Shown here: positions 1-13,544 of the stretch, in pieces
How positions within the stretch are numbered: the first letter of the stretch is position 1
Layout of the letters: each line of letters starts with the position of its first letter
Assembly: GCA_976551045.1 (NCBI GenBank)
Contig: CDPCPM010000010.1
Span: forward strand, 31,620,001-31,684,000
Length of the DNA stretch: 64,000 bases
Direction of reading: 5' to 3'
Source: Glaucostegus cemiculus
Lineage: Eukaryota
Notes under the pieces: generated by a model
The model's input: only the letters and a program-made list of their open reading frames with translations
Databases searched by the model: none
What the model was told of the DNA's origin: nothing
Made by a program: the position numbers and the translations under genes

Positions 1-417
1 TACCCCAATCCCATTATTTAGAATACTTAAGGAGCTTCCTCGTCTGACACCCCCCCCCCCCCTCCAGTGGCAGAAGAACCCTAAACTGTAGTCCTTCCCC
101 ACCGAGCCTTTGCATTTCATCGGGTGTAACACTTGAAAATCTTGGCCTTGGAGCACATTAGAATCAGTCCACGCATTTACACAGGGAACCACTTTTCTGT
201 TGTGGGCTCTACCTCTGGAACATTGCCACTGCTGTAATCTGGAATTACCACAGCCCACCTGTGTTTTCAAACCCACATTAAGGGGCTGCCGTTTAGTTTG
301 CTGGTAATGTTCACCTACGCTCTGACATCTTAATTTTTGAAACATTTATTTCCTGCTTCTCAGCAAAATGGTTTCAAGTAACTTGGACCTCACTGGTCAG
401 TCCATGAACTGAGCAGG

Positions 418-1006
418 CAGCAGAACAGTGAGGGAGAATGAAAACCTCAAACAGTCCCAGAGCATCGCTGGGGAAATCCATTTCAACATGGATTTTTTGG
501 GCTGAAGGGTCTGTATTGTTCTGTATTGTTCCATGGTTCTATAGAACATTTTGTATTGACCAGGCAACAAGAAGGAAATCTTTAAAAATGTGTAAAATAT
601 CAGACGCTGCTCATTGAGCTGTGAGAAAAACCCTTTATTGTAATTTAGGGAAAACGGAGACAAAACCAAATGATGTTTTAATGCCCTTGTTTAAACGAGA
701 GCAGAACAGACTGCAACAGGAGAACTGATTGACAAGGTGAAATGTCAAACACTTCAAGATTAAGAACATGGAATTCAGTTTGTAGGTCCCATTTAAACCC
801 CTTCTTTCCCTGAAGTGAAACAGCAGTGAGGTCACCTACCTGGTGGGAAGAAACTGGAGAAGGAGTCCGGAGACTGAGCAGCAAAGGTCTGAGCACAGTG
901 ACACGCGACGAGCTGAGGTCCCCAGGCTCACTCTGCACAGTAACTGACACTGTCTCTGGTGAAACGACAGGACAGGCGAGCTTCCTCTTCCCTTCCAGCT
1001 CAGGGT
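418..1006 (-). repeat. Cluster-specific ~0.5 kb module, copy 1 (candidate promoter / first exon), inverted
   Basis: Reverse complement matches 12530-13240 and 48775-49265; CAG|GTAGGT donor on the minus strand at 840/839. Confidence 0.7.
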
Positions 1007-3439
1007 TCCGAGATCACTCGTGGCTGATGGGTGTTTGAGCTGACAAAAAGTCAGCTTCAAAAATCTGATTTGGACAACTCAGAAATGGGATGTTACTTCA
1101 CTCAAAAATTCATTGGATGTTTAGACTTGGAACCTCATTATTTTAAAAATCATTAGAAGGTATCAAATGTCTAAGATAATAGGAAATGACAGAATATGCC
1201 ATAATGAAAGGAATATTGGCAATATTGTTGGGTTCTAGCTTTGTTACTGAATTGCATTGGTGTGGTGGTTTAAAACTGTATCCAACTGCATGACAGCATG
1301 GTGGACTTGGGTTTAGGAAAATACACATGAGCTTGATTTGATACTCGAGTTCACAAAAGATTTTCAAGGTTAGTCCAAGACTGAGTATGACTTACTCTTA
1401 AGTTCCCAATTTCACCCACGGAGGAAGTTCCAGCCACCACCTTCATAATGATCCAATTTTCTCCTGCATCTTTAGCAGGAGAAAATGTGAAGCACACTCG
1501 ATGGGTCGAATGGCCTAACCCTGCTCTATATCTTGTGGTTTTATGACCTTTCAGTATTCTGCATGTCTGACCTCACAGAATGAACCAAGACCTTCACAGC
1601 CAAGACCTTTACATTTTTCAATTTGACGCAATGTTGATTTGTAAAGTAATTTTCTGCTATTTATGATCAGTTTACTCCCTAGTAAACCACACCTTATTAA
1701 GAAATTGTCTGAAGCTATTTTTTAACAATATTAATGAAACTGCACTATTGAAAATAATTCAGGAAACACTTTTGAAAGTACAAATAATGCCTTTCATGAT
1801 TGCAGTTTAAACCTGTCTTCGCTAGCACCGGCTCAGGGTGCTGATTTGCTGAAGTCTGAAATCTATTCTGGGCACTTCCTCAACTGAGAAACTACAGTTG
1901 TGAAATGTTGCTAACCATGTTTCATGCAAAGAACACTGGAGTCTTCTTTAGTCGTTCTCAGAATGTGGATGCCACTGATGGGGCCGACATTTATTGTCCA
2001 TCCCTACAAATCCCATAAAGTGAATGGATTACTTGGCCATTTCACAAGGCAGTTAAGAGTTGACCACATTTCTGTCAGTCGGGAGTCACATATATGCCTG
2101 GGCAGATCATGAAAAGGATTTCTTCCTCTGTAGGACAATAATGGACCTGGTGGCTTTCCCCAACAAATCTCACCATGACCAAGGCTGGCTCTGTTTTCCA
2201 GATTTCTTCATTGAGTCCATATGAAGGGAGACAGTTTGTGGATAGAACGGGGATCTGAAATTATTTGGCACCTGGAAAGGTGCCTTAAATTGGTAGGTTG
2301 ATAAATGGTTTATTGGGTGCAGGTGCTTTGAAACACTGGACCCTGGAGAACTTTGTTTTCCAAAGCAAGCAACCCAGTGACATGCAACAACTTTCTTTTG
2401 GGACATGACTTGGAGGAGAATCTGCAGGTGGGGTGCTTCCATGGGCAAGAAGTGTTTGTCTTTCTTGGTGTTGGAGATCAGCTCTGGGAGGTGATGTGGG
2501 AGTAGGCTAGGTGAGTAATAGCAGTGCACCTTGTAGATGGTATTCACTGCAGCCTGTGGTAGATGGGATGATTGTGTAGAGTCATACCAATCAAACAGGC
2601 TAGGCTACCCTGTCTTGGATGGTGTCAACACCACCATTTGCAGAATCCACTCCAACCTACTTCAGTGTTAAAACTACTTTATTAATAACTACATCCAATA
2701 ATACGTAAAATAAGAACAAAAAGTTAGTATATTAGTACACAATAAAATATTAGAATCTTAAACTATAACCCCAAAAACTACTCGTCGTGTGTGTGTGGCA
2801 AATTCCTAAACTCCAAGTCCAGGAATTAGTTCTTAAAATTTAGTTCAGTAAGCCGTAAGATGAAACATGAATAAAGGCTTCTTCACAAGCACCGTCCACC
2901 GAAGACAAAACATAGATATAGAGAGAACTTAGAGAGGAATCACGAAATCTGAATGTTCCACTCAGAACTCAAACGACATTTCAGGGCTTACTCGGTAGTG
3001 ACTTTCTCACCCCGAAATCTCCTGGATCATGACTGTCCATGCAAATACCTGTGTTCTTCTACAGGTTAGCAGCAAAGTGAATTCCGTCACTTTGTTCCAC
3101 AGTATCTGCCTCTCTGAAGAGCATCCAAAATGTGGTTGTCCACACAAACACCTGTGTCCTTCTACAGGTTAGCAACAAAGTGAACTCCACTGGACTACTC
3201 CAGAAATCCATCCACGGATTTTAGTGACAAACACAGTTACTGTCCTTCATCCATCGACAGAAACAAAACAGGCTGCCATCTCTCCTTCTTCTCTCTTTCC
3301 GTCTGTCTGTCTCTCTCTCTTATCTTTTTCTTTCTTGTAATGACCTCATCACGTTAGTCTTATCTTCTGTTGACGTAATACGTTGCACACACACACAATG
3401 TCCCATCTTAAAGGGATATTTGCCTACCTTCATCCATCG

Positions 3440-3990
3440 ACAGAACCATCCTGAAATGGAAATACATCACTGGATGGACAGCACTCATCCAGGCAAGTCA
3501 GAAGTATTCCTTCACCTTACTGACTTGCAGATGGTGAGTAGGTTTTGGGGAGTCAGGAGGTGAGCCATTCACTGCAGGATACCCAGTCTCTGACCTGTTC
3601 TTATTTCAACAATATTTATGCTGCTGCTCCAGCTGAATTTCTGATCAATGATTACCCTGAGGATGTTGATGATGAGGGAAGTGACCTTGGTAATCTCATT
3701 GACTGCTGGGATGTCTGGTTAGATTCTCTCTTGTTGGAGATGGTCTTTTCTGGTATAAATGTCTCTTGCCACTCATTGGGTCATGCCTGAATATTGTCAA
3801 GTTCTTGCTGAATGTGGACATGGACTGCTTTATCTGCAGGAGATCTGTGAATGGAATTGAGCATTGTGTAATCATCAGCAAACAGTCCCACTTCTGACCA
3901 AATGAAGAACGGAAGGTCATTGATGAAGCAGCTGAAGACAGTTGGGTCCAGCACCCTTCCCTGAGGAACTCCTGCCCTGATGTTCAGGGA
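3440..3990 (-). mobile_element. Old non-LTR retrotransposon RT fragment (CR1/L2 group)
   Basis: Minus strand reads SEVGLFADDY (RT catalytic motif) near 3870-3900; degenerate. Limits approximate. Confidence 0.55.
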
Positions 3991-3995
3991 CTGAG

Positions 3996-4264
3996 AATTT
4001 AATTTAATTTAATTCTTTTTAAAATTTTATTTACAGCATGGTAACAGGACCTTACGGCCCAACGAGTCCGTGCCGCCCATTTTAAACCCCCAAATTAACC
4101 TACCCGTACGTCTTTTAGAATGTGGGAGGAAACCGGAGCACCCGGAGGAAACCCACGCAGGTACGGGAGAACGTACAAACTCCTTACAGTCAGCGATGGG
4201 AATCGAACCCCGCTCACTGGTGCTATAACTGCGTCACGCTAACCGCTACGCTATCGTGCCGCCC
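3996..4264 (-). mobile_element. tRNA-derived V-SINE (elasmobranch HE1-like)
   Basis: Minus strand: A box tagcgtagcgg, B box ggttcgattcc, V-domain gggtgctccggtttcctcccac, AT-rich tail. Confidence 0.85.
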
Positions 4265-6482
4265 ACGATACTTCCGATGATATTCTTGCTTTGTGCAAGA
4301 TATTACTTCAGCCACAAGAGGGTTTTCCTTTTGATGTCCCTTTAACTTCAGTTCAGTCAAATGCTGCTTTAATATCAGTACAGTACCCTTGTAGGTGTTT
4401 TTTTCCTGCTTCTATTTTTTTTTCTGGGTTCAGATTGAACCTAGTTTGGAAAAGTCAGATAAAGTTCACAGGCATCATAGCTCTGAACTCTGTTGAACAG
4501 TTTCCTTGACCAAAAGCCACAAATAAAATAATATAAACACAAGTACCACAAATTATATTGAATGGTATGATATAAAATGTTACAGACTGATGCATTCTAA
4601 GGCCCTCTGTATGTTGCACCTTACAGACTTTAAACCCTTAAATACAACTGCTGGCCTTTTTCTCCCTGCTTTTGCCTTGCACATTGCACTTTTAACTCTA
4701 ATCATGACTTATCCTCTAACTCTAGATGTCTTTTGACAGAACTTATTATGCCACCCTTTCAGATTATTCTCCCTCTGACTCCTTGCAAGGTGTCCCCTTA
4801 GCCCTTAACTGCATCTGCTTCTGTCTTTCTTGGAACACTCATTACTTATAATCCAAAAATCGCACCCATCATAATTTGATTAATAGAAGCTTCATTTTTG
4901 ATTGCACCACCTCCATTCTGATTGTCCCACATGAGAATGTTTGATCTTTAATCACTCACACAACAAAGATGCTCTAACGGGGACAATTTTTTTTAGTTTG
5001 TCATCTATCTTAAACTTGTTAATGAATGTTTCCTCCATTCGTCACATCTGCAAAGGCCTGCTGAAGACAGAGTTGGACACGCTGCAGTCATCTTGTCATT
5101 TATGTGATGGCTTGTTACCGCGATAACATTGTCACATAGCACAGGGTCCAGACATAAAAAGTCTTCAAAGTACTTCAAGGTTTCCTTTCCTGCTCACAGT
5201 CTGTTTAAAAACTTCAGCTCCACAGCACCTGAGATAGGAACTTTTTGGTCAGTTTTTGGTTCACCATCAGTTATGCATTCTTTCTGCAGGTAAATGTGTA
5301 CAGTTTACGGAACAGCACCTGGACAGTGGTAAACTCAGGTGTGAAATGAACGGACAGAGACTTCCAGCACGCACCCATGTCTCCCCACTGCAATGAACAG
5401 ATGCTGACCTCAGGAATGTGATAACACACACACCGCAATGACTGGGAAATTTCCAGCAGAATCATCAATGACTAACCATCAATGTAATCCAGCCCAGTAA
5501 TGAACAGTCAGCAGGACTTTCATAAGGGAATTTTTTGTTTGGATTTCAATATCAGAGAATTTTTTTGAAAAGGTTTCAGGGACAAGAAGCAGAACAGAGC
5601 AATTAGTTAAAAAAATAAAAAATGAAGTAGTCAAAGGAGGTTACTCACAAAAGGCGGAAGTGGTGTCCCACAGTGGCCAGCTCTGAGTCTGCTCTTCACT
5701 TGATATGTTGTGGGTGACATCAAATGTGGATGTGTGTTTGTTACAGAAGAAGCTTGCAACAAAACGTGAGGCATAAGCTGCAAATTGCAGAAGAATTTCA
5801 ATGGAGGAGAGCATGGGGAGGTACATTTGGTGGGAGCAATAAGGAGTGTGCACACTTCTTGGAATATAGCAGTCTAAATGGAGCAGAGACTGACAGTGAT
5901 CTGGGGGCAGACAGACAAATCATTAAAAATACCGTCACTGCTTAATAAAATTAAAAAATAGTGAGCGGGTTTCATATCAGGAGGGAGAAAATTCAAACAC
6001 TGCCAAAGTCTATTCAACTGCAGCAGGACCTTAGTTGAGTCACAGCTGCAGCAATGGGCAGAGTTGAAGCCTCATTACTAATGAAAAGATCCGGAGTCTG
6101 TGCAGAGAAGGTTTGCAAGAATGGATCCAGCACTGAGAGGGAAGACTGGAGGGAGTTGGGCTTTCTCTTTGAGAAAAGTTCAGTGAGAAACTGGTTGGAG
6201 CATAAAACTTGCTGCAAGTTTTTCCACAAACTTAACTGAAGTTTAACACTGAGTAAGATAGTGAACTGAACCTGCCACAGAGGATGTGGTTCACAGAGGG
6301 ATAAAGTGGTTTCTGTTACCAACACAGCTGCAGCTGTCTTGGCCCCGGTTAGTGACATCAACAAGAATAACCACACAGAAAAATAGAGTCAAAGGGAGTG
6401 TCCTCAAAATGTCCTTGCCTCAGGAAAGACTTGTGATTTGATTGCACCTTCCAAAACCAAAGAATCACTTCTGAAGTGCAGT

Positions 6483-9400
6483 CATAGTATCATAGAACAG
6501 TACAGCATGGGAACAGGTCCTTCTGCCCACGGTGACTCCACCAAACAGGATGATGAATTAAACTAACTCTCTTCTGTCTGTACATTATCTCTGCATTCCC
6601 TGCATATTCATGTGTCTAACAGGACTCCTAAACACCACTGTCAAATCTGCTTCCACCACTCCCCCACAGCCCATCCCAGGCACCTACCACTCTCTGTGTA
6701 AAAACAAACTTGCCCTGCACATCTCTTTAAACTTTCCCTGTGTCACCTTAAATGCATGTCCTCTAGTACTTGACATTTCTTTCTTTTTCAATCTTTTTTA
6801 TTGATAACAAATCAATACAGGTTAAGATATATAACAACAAAGTTTACACATGTATTATAGAAATATCAAGTAACAATCGTAGGTAATCATAAAAAAAAGC
6901 AATAAAGTATGATATATATAAAAGAAATAGTTCCAACGATCTCTCGGTTCGTAAGTGTAATGTAAAAGATAGAAAAGAAAAAGATTTGTTATATAATAGA
7001 AAAAAACTCAAAAAAACCCCAAATCAATAAAAAAAATCATAATAATATAGAATAAATTAAACCAAAAACGAATTTAAAAAAAAGAAAAAAAAAACAAAAC
7101 AAAGAAAAAAAAAACTGAGCTAAAATTTTCAATAGAAATAGAACAATATAATGTCGTCAGCTCTGTTTCTCTGAATTAAAAAAAAAAGTTATAGAAGGGG
7201 AAACTACATCATATGAAAGTATTGAATAAATGGACTCCAAATATCTTCAAATTTAAGCAAAGAATCAACAGTGCCACTCCTAATTTTTTCCAAATTAAGA
7301 CATGATATATTTTGAGAGAACCATTGAAAAGTGGTAGGGGGTATTGGATCCTTCCATTTAAGCAGAATGGCTCGTTTGGCCATCAATGTAACAAAAGCAA
7401 TCATACGATTAGCAGAAGCAGGTAAATGGCCAGACTTTATCCATGGTAATCCAAAAATTGCAGTAATAGGGTGAGGTTGTAAATCGATCTTCAATACATC
7501 TGAAATAATATTAAAAATATCTTTCCAATATTTTTCTAAATAAGGACAGGACCAGAACATATGCGACAAAGAAGCCACGTTCTATTTACATCTGTCACAT
7601 ATAGGGTTTATACGGTCATAAAAATGAGCTAGCTTATCTTTGGACATATAGGCCCTGTGCACAACTTTATACTGTATCAATGAGTGTTTGGCACACATTG
7701 AGGATGTATTAACTAAATGAAGAATTTTCTTCCAAGTCTCTATAGATATAGAAATCTGGAGTTCACTTTCCCAATCATTTTTAATTTTGTCCAGTGAATC
7801 TGACCATATTTTCATAATTAAATCATAAATTATTGCTGTCAAGCCCTTCTGATGGGGATTAAACCCTAAAATTTTATCAATGATTTTGTCTTTATAAAGA
7901 AACGGAAAGGAGGGTATAGTAGCTTTTAAAAAATTTCTAATCTGCAAGTATTGAAAAAAATGTGATCTAGGTAAATTATATTTATTAGCTGTTCAAAAGA
8001 TGCAAAACAATTACCAATGAATAGATCACGAAAGCATACTATTCTCTTCCTTTTCCAAAGGAAAAAGCTGTATCTAGTCTAGATGGTTGAAAAGGTACTT
8101 GACATTTCTACCCTGACTGTCTACCCAATCTGTGCCGCCCATAATCTTATCAACTTCTATCAGGTCTCCCCTCAGCCTCTGATGTTCCAGAGAAAACAGC
8201 CCATATTTGTCAGCTCATACCATCAAATCCAAGCAGCATCCTGGTAAACCTTTTCTGTGCTCTTTCTGAAGCCTCCACATTCTTCCTGTAATGGGGCAAC
8301 CAGAATTGCACCTACTAATCCAGGTGTGGCCTAACCAAAGTTTTATACAGCTGCCACATGACTTCCTGACTCATATACTCAGTGCCATGACCAATGAAGG
8401 CAAGCGTGCCATATGCCTTCTTTAACACCCTGTCTACTTGTCTGTCCACTTTCGATGATCTATGGACTTGGACCCCAAGATCCCTCTGTATATCACTGCT
8501 GTTAAGGGTTCATTAACTGTATACTTTCCCCTAACATTAGACCTCCCAAAGTGTAATACCTCATACTTGCTCCAGCTAAACCTGATCTGCCATTTCCCTG
8601 CCCATATCTGTAATTGATCTGTATTTTGCTGTATCTTTTGAAAACCCTCTACACTGTCCACAACTCCACCAATCTTTGTGTTGTCTACAAACTTACTAAC
8701 CCACCCATCAAAACTTTCATCCAAGTCATTTATATACATCACAATCAACAGACATCCCAGCAGCGATGCCTGTGGAACGCCACTGGTCACTGACCTCCAA
8801 CCAGAATAACACTCTTCCACCACTACCCTCTGTCTTCTGTGGACAAGCCAATTCTGAATCCAAACTCCCAAGTCACCATGGATCCCATGCATCTTAACCA
8901 TCTGGATCAGCCTACCATGAGGGACCTTATTCAATGCCTTCATAAAATATAGGTAGACAACATCCACTGCCTTACCATCATCAATCACTTTCATCACCTC
9001 CCCAAAAAACTCAATCAAGTTTGTAAGCCTGACCTGCACTGCACAAGGCCATGCTGACAGATACTAATAAGCCCATGATTTTTCCAGCTGTGCCTATAGC
9101 CTATCCCTAAGATTCTGCTCCAATAGCTTCCCTACCACTGACGTGAGACTCACTGGCCTATAATCTTCTAGACCTTCCCTATTTCCCTTCTGGAACAAAG
9201 GAACAACACCAGTCCTCTGGGACCTTGCCTGTTGCTAGTGAGGACACAAAAATCTTTGGCAAGAACTTGCAATCTCCTCTCTTGCCTCTTTCAATAACCT
9301 GGGACGTAATCCATCAGAACCTGGGGAATTATCCACCTTGATGCCATTCAAAAGACCCACCACCACCTCCTACCTGATCTCCTGGCACATTAGCATGCCC

Positions 9401-9575
9401 CACTCTGCACTCACTATCCTCCATGTCCTTCTCCTTGGTGAATACTGATGTAAAGTACTCATTTAGAACCTCGCCCAAATCCTCTGACTCCAAGCATAAA
9501 TTCCTTCCTTTATCAGTGAGTGGTCCTACCCTCTCCCTAGTTATCCACTTGTTTTTAATGTAAGTATAAAATAAG
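6483..9575 (-). mobile_element. CR1-type LINE, 5-prime truncated, interrupted by an L1
   Basis: ORF 8434..9039: TNLIEFF...AVDVVYL...KVPHGRL...SGVPQ...YINDLD...KFVDNTKIGG (CR1 RT); 3-prime end continues to ~6483. Confidence 0.9.
6781..8094 (-). mobile_element. L1-clade LINE 3-prime fragment with 15-bp target-site duplication
   Basis: ORFs 7582..7947 and 7204..7578 (CDRC...HMFWSC zinc finger of ORF2); GTACTTGACATTTCT at 6766-6780 and 8095-8109. Confidence 0.9.
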
Positions 9576-10464
9576 TGTAACGTGTCATTGTTATAACGTA
9601 GATAAGTTCTGCACAGCAAGTTCCCACCAACTGAGAGGTGATAAGCATCAGTTACACTGTTCCATCTTAATTACTTCTCTCCCCCAACTTTAACTGCCAG
9701 TCCCTGGGAATCTGGGTCCTGGATCTCTCAGCACTTCCTTCTGTTTCAGGGAGTTTAGCTGGCCTCAACCAGACATTGAGATCAAATTGGGACCAAGGAC
9801 TAGAACTGAGCCTCCCCACCCTGACCCTTCCCTCTGGATCAGTGACTTATTTGGAAGATGTCAAAATCCCACCCCCTAAAAATTCCCACGGGATGTGAAG
9901 TCAAGGAAGTTGATCAGAATTACATGGGGAGCTCTCCAGAACAGCCCAGCCATTTCAGGACTCTTGCAATTTCATCCTCGGTCAGTAGATTCAAACTTTA
10001 CAGAAAAAAAACTTTAGATGGCATCTGTTGTGAGCTCTCCACTCTTTGCAGTGTTCTGCAGCCAGTGGAGTGATATTCCATGCCCGGCTCATCTGCTCTC
10101 ACTTGGTTTCCCCTGTTGCCAAAGTCACCCTCACCCACAATGATCTACTCAGCCCGGGCTGTGTCCACCTGATCCACCTGAGTCTATCCTTGGCAATGTA
10201 AATAGTTAATTCCCCATTTTGACAGGCAGTTCCAGTTAACAATATGAGGAAATGGGCAGTGAAAGTTGTTCCTCATTTTAGTATGACTCAGTTCAAACTG
10301 TTTAAGCAGATATCAATCTCCAGCTGTGAGAAATAATTACTGTCAATCACAGTTTCTTCCCACATATTGTTGTCTTGGATTTTCTATCAGCTCTGCTTGA
10401 ATCAATTGCCTTCATTAATGTGGACAAGTTGGAGACACTTGAATACAGAAGCAATCATGAAGAA

Positions 10465-10980
10465 GGCATGCCAGTGGCCTTGATGTGTCAACAAAGACTC
10501 TTACAAATCTCTGTAGATGTATGGTGGAAAGCATTCTGACTGGTTGCATTACAGCCTGGTATGGAGGGTCCAAAGCACAGGGCCACAGGAGGCTGCAGAG
10601 CGTTGTAGACTCAGCCAGCTCTATCACAGGCACAACTCTCCCCATCAGCTATGACCTCTTCAAGAGGCAGTGCCTCAAGAAGGCAGTGGTATCCATCACT
10701 AAGGAACCTCATCATCCAGGACATGCTCTCTTATCACTACTACTGCCGGGGAGGAGGTACAGGAGCCTGAAGACCCACTCTCGACGATTCAGAAACAGCT
10801 TTTCCCCTCCACCATCAGATTTCTCAACGATCCATGAACCCATTTTTTTTGCACTATTTATTTATTTTTGTAATTTACAGTAATTTTATGTCTTTGCACT
10901 GTACTGCTATCGCAAATCAACAAATTTCACATCATACAAGTCAGTGATAATAAATCTGATTCTGTTCCTGATTCTGAATT
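10465..10980 (+). mobile_element. Rex1/Babar-type LINE 3-prime end
   Basis: ESILTGCITAWYG...LQSVV...GRRYRSLKTHSRRFRNSF; AATAAA followed by a tctgat-like tail. Confidence 0.8.
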
Positions 10981-12529
10981 TCCTGGCTCTGCCCTGTCGC
11001 TAGACTCCGCTCGGAAACAGGTGGAGGAGGAGCAGCAGTTTGCTGAGATTCGCAGCATTTTAACTGGGAAATCTGCTGTAGATCCAGCGGCAGATTTGAC
11101 CTGGTGCAGGATCCAAAGTTCACTTCCCTTGAAGTGGGAATCTATGTCTATGAGAGAGAAATTCAAGCAAGGTGAATTATTTGCTTTTGCACCAATTTTT
11201 TTAAATGATTTCAATTAAGCTAAATGATATTATGCATGCTATTTTTCTTATTTTTAAAATTCTTCATAATTTTATTTTGAATTCTTTATTTAATTGTTAA
11301 TACTTGTGAATGTCCAGGGTATTCAAAACATTGAGAAGACATAACCCGGGTCCATCTGATGTGCAGCACCTTCTACAGACTGACTCCTTGGGGACACTTT
11401 AATCAGATTGGAATGGTCCTGAAGATTATGTGAAATGGCATTTATGACAACCTCTTGCATTTTCTCTTACTCTCAGCCAAATAAAAGGAAATATTACTTA
11501 ATGTAAATGAGACTGACTTAACCATGACACCAAGGTGAAACAAGTTGTGAAGTGTGTGCAGAAAATCAGTTCCGCTGGCATTTTCTTTTCCTGTTCCACT
11601 TCAGCCCTTCTGGGCACCATGAAGCTACCTCAAGGTTTCCTCAGACTCATTTCACTGCCACTTGGTCCTCCTCACATCCCCCCCCCCCCACTTTTGTTTA
11701 CTTTCTCAAACTATCCATTCTTCAGAACTGAGCCCAATTCCCTCTCCAACCCGTGTTGTCTGTCTGATACAAGGGTCTTTCCTGATCAAATACTCCATGA
11801 AGCAGGGCCTATCACTGATAAAGTCACCAGTACCTTGACCCCATTCAAGATTTCATCCTTGCCCCTTACTCCCTCGGTATTACCTTCACTGGTCTCAAAC
11901 CTAAATTCAGGAATTCCCTCTAAAAACCCTCATCAATTCAAAATAGTGTGATGCTCTGCAAATGCAATGCAAGGGCCTTCTTCACCATTCCTGGCAAATG
12001 GTCCTCCTGATCTCTGGAATCATCTTCCTTGCTCACCTCATCATTCTTCCAAAAGGAACCTTATTCTTCCTGTGGCTGTGTGTAACTAAAAGTTGTGCAT
12101 CAGAGTGTAGTTGAGGTCAGACTGAGTATCGACAGATTTGTGCTAAGAGGTATGCTTGCATACACCTGGTACATTGTGTCCTGATTTGCCTTCACTCAAT
12201 TTCTCTCTCCAGCATCCCTTGTCTCCTGGACCTTCCAGCAGGGGAGAGGAGGCTTCACAGGTCAGGATCACCCAAACTTGTGTCAGAATTTGGGACATGA
12301 TTAGGGTTCAAGGCAAGAGGCTCCCAGCTCCATGGTGAATTGAAAACCCTGATGGTATAAAATGACTCCCAATGTAAAGTGTAAAGCATCATGAATTACC
12401 ATGAGTTCCGCCATTTGAGATCATCCAGCAACTTTTGAAAAGCAGGTCTACTTTTGACCTTCCCTCTGCTTTGTTTTTGAGCTTGTTTATCATTTTAGGT
12501 CAGGAGTCCTCAATGTCAATAATGTCACA

Positions 12530-13240
12530 ACCCTGAGCTGGAAAGGAAAAGGAAGCTCACATTTCCTGTATTTTCATAAGACACAGCATCACTGACTGAG
12601 GCTGGGGACCTCAGCTTGTCGTGTGTCACTGTGCTCAGACCTTTGCTGCTCAGTCTCTGGACTCCTTCTCCGGTCTCTTGCCACAAGGTAGGTGACCTCA
12701 CTGCAGTCTCACTTCAGCTAAAGGGGTGATTCACGTGGGATCTAAGTGTTCAGAGATCTTGTACTGTTTGACAGTTCACTTTTTGAATTAGTTTTCCTGC
12801 TTCAGTCTGTTTCATCTTCGATTAAACAAGGGCAGCAAGCCATTATTTGTTTGTGAGAGTGAGAACCTCATTTTCTTCTTTGTCACTGTGCTCAGGGCTT
12901 TGCTGCTCAGTCTATGGACTCCTTCACCAGTCTCTTCCCACTGGGTAGTCGACCTCACTGCAGTCTCACTTCCAGAAAAGGAGGAGTTTAAATGGGATCT
13001 AAAAACTGAACACAGCGTTCAGAGTCTTTGTACCTTTTGATCTTTTACCCTTGCAACCAGTCCTTCTGAAACACCAGTTACTCCTCACAAGGACAAGGAT
13101 ATCAAGTTTGTAATTATTTGGATTTATCTCCTAAAACTCCAATAGACGAGCTTTTTCACAATTAAGTCATGGCCATTTACTCTTTTACTGATTTGAAGCC
13201 TTCCTGCTTGTTGCCAAGACAATGTCAACCTTTCATCCAC
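12530..13240 (+). promoter_or_regulatory. Module copies 2a and 2b (partial tandem duplicate) upstream of gene A; candidate promoter and non-coding exon 1
   Basis: AGGAAG and TTCCTG ETS-like cores; AAG|GTAGGT donor at 12687/12688; second partial copy from ~12880; the gene A leader exon starts with an acceptor. Regulatory role is inferred. Confidence 0.5.
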
Positions 13241-13544
13241 AATTTGATTTATTTTTCTGGTTTCCCAGGTGATGCCCTGGTTTGAATCGAGCTGTTCATT
13301 GTCCTATGCATTGCTGGTACATATCTGGTTCATTGATCATATTTGGTACGCATTTGGTCCAATTTAATTGAAACACCTGAGAGAGCAACATTAAGCAGAT
13401 GAATCATTATGAGTAAACTGAGTAGGCAGCCCTTGGTTTGGGCTTGACAACTAGTTCAGTGAGTGTGATGCAGGGATCAGAAGAAGCTCTAACTGCCCTC
13501 ATATTTGCCAAAGGGCCTGTACAGTGCTGTAATGTTCTACATTC

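Noticed and set aside
5290-5396. Plus-strand stretch reading DSGKLRCE, like an Ig F-strand
   Set aside because: Short, ends in a stop, lacks the Tyr and any upstream Ig strands; likely chance.
6014-6376. 120-aa minus-strand ORF with a signal-peptide-like start
   Set aside because: Starts at GTG just after a stop, no recognisable domain and no convincing splice partner.
9800-11340. Segments resembling ~42500-42750 (inverted) and ~20500/~53190
   Set aside because: Probably degenerate dispersed repeats; boundaries and class could not be defined by eye.
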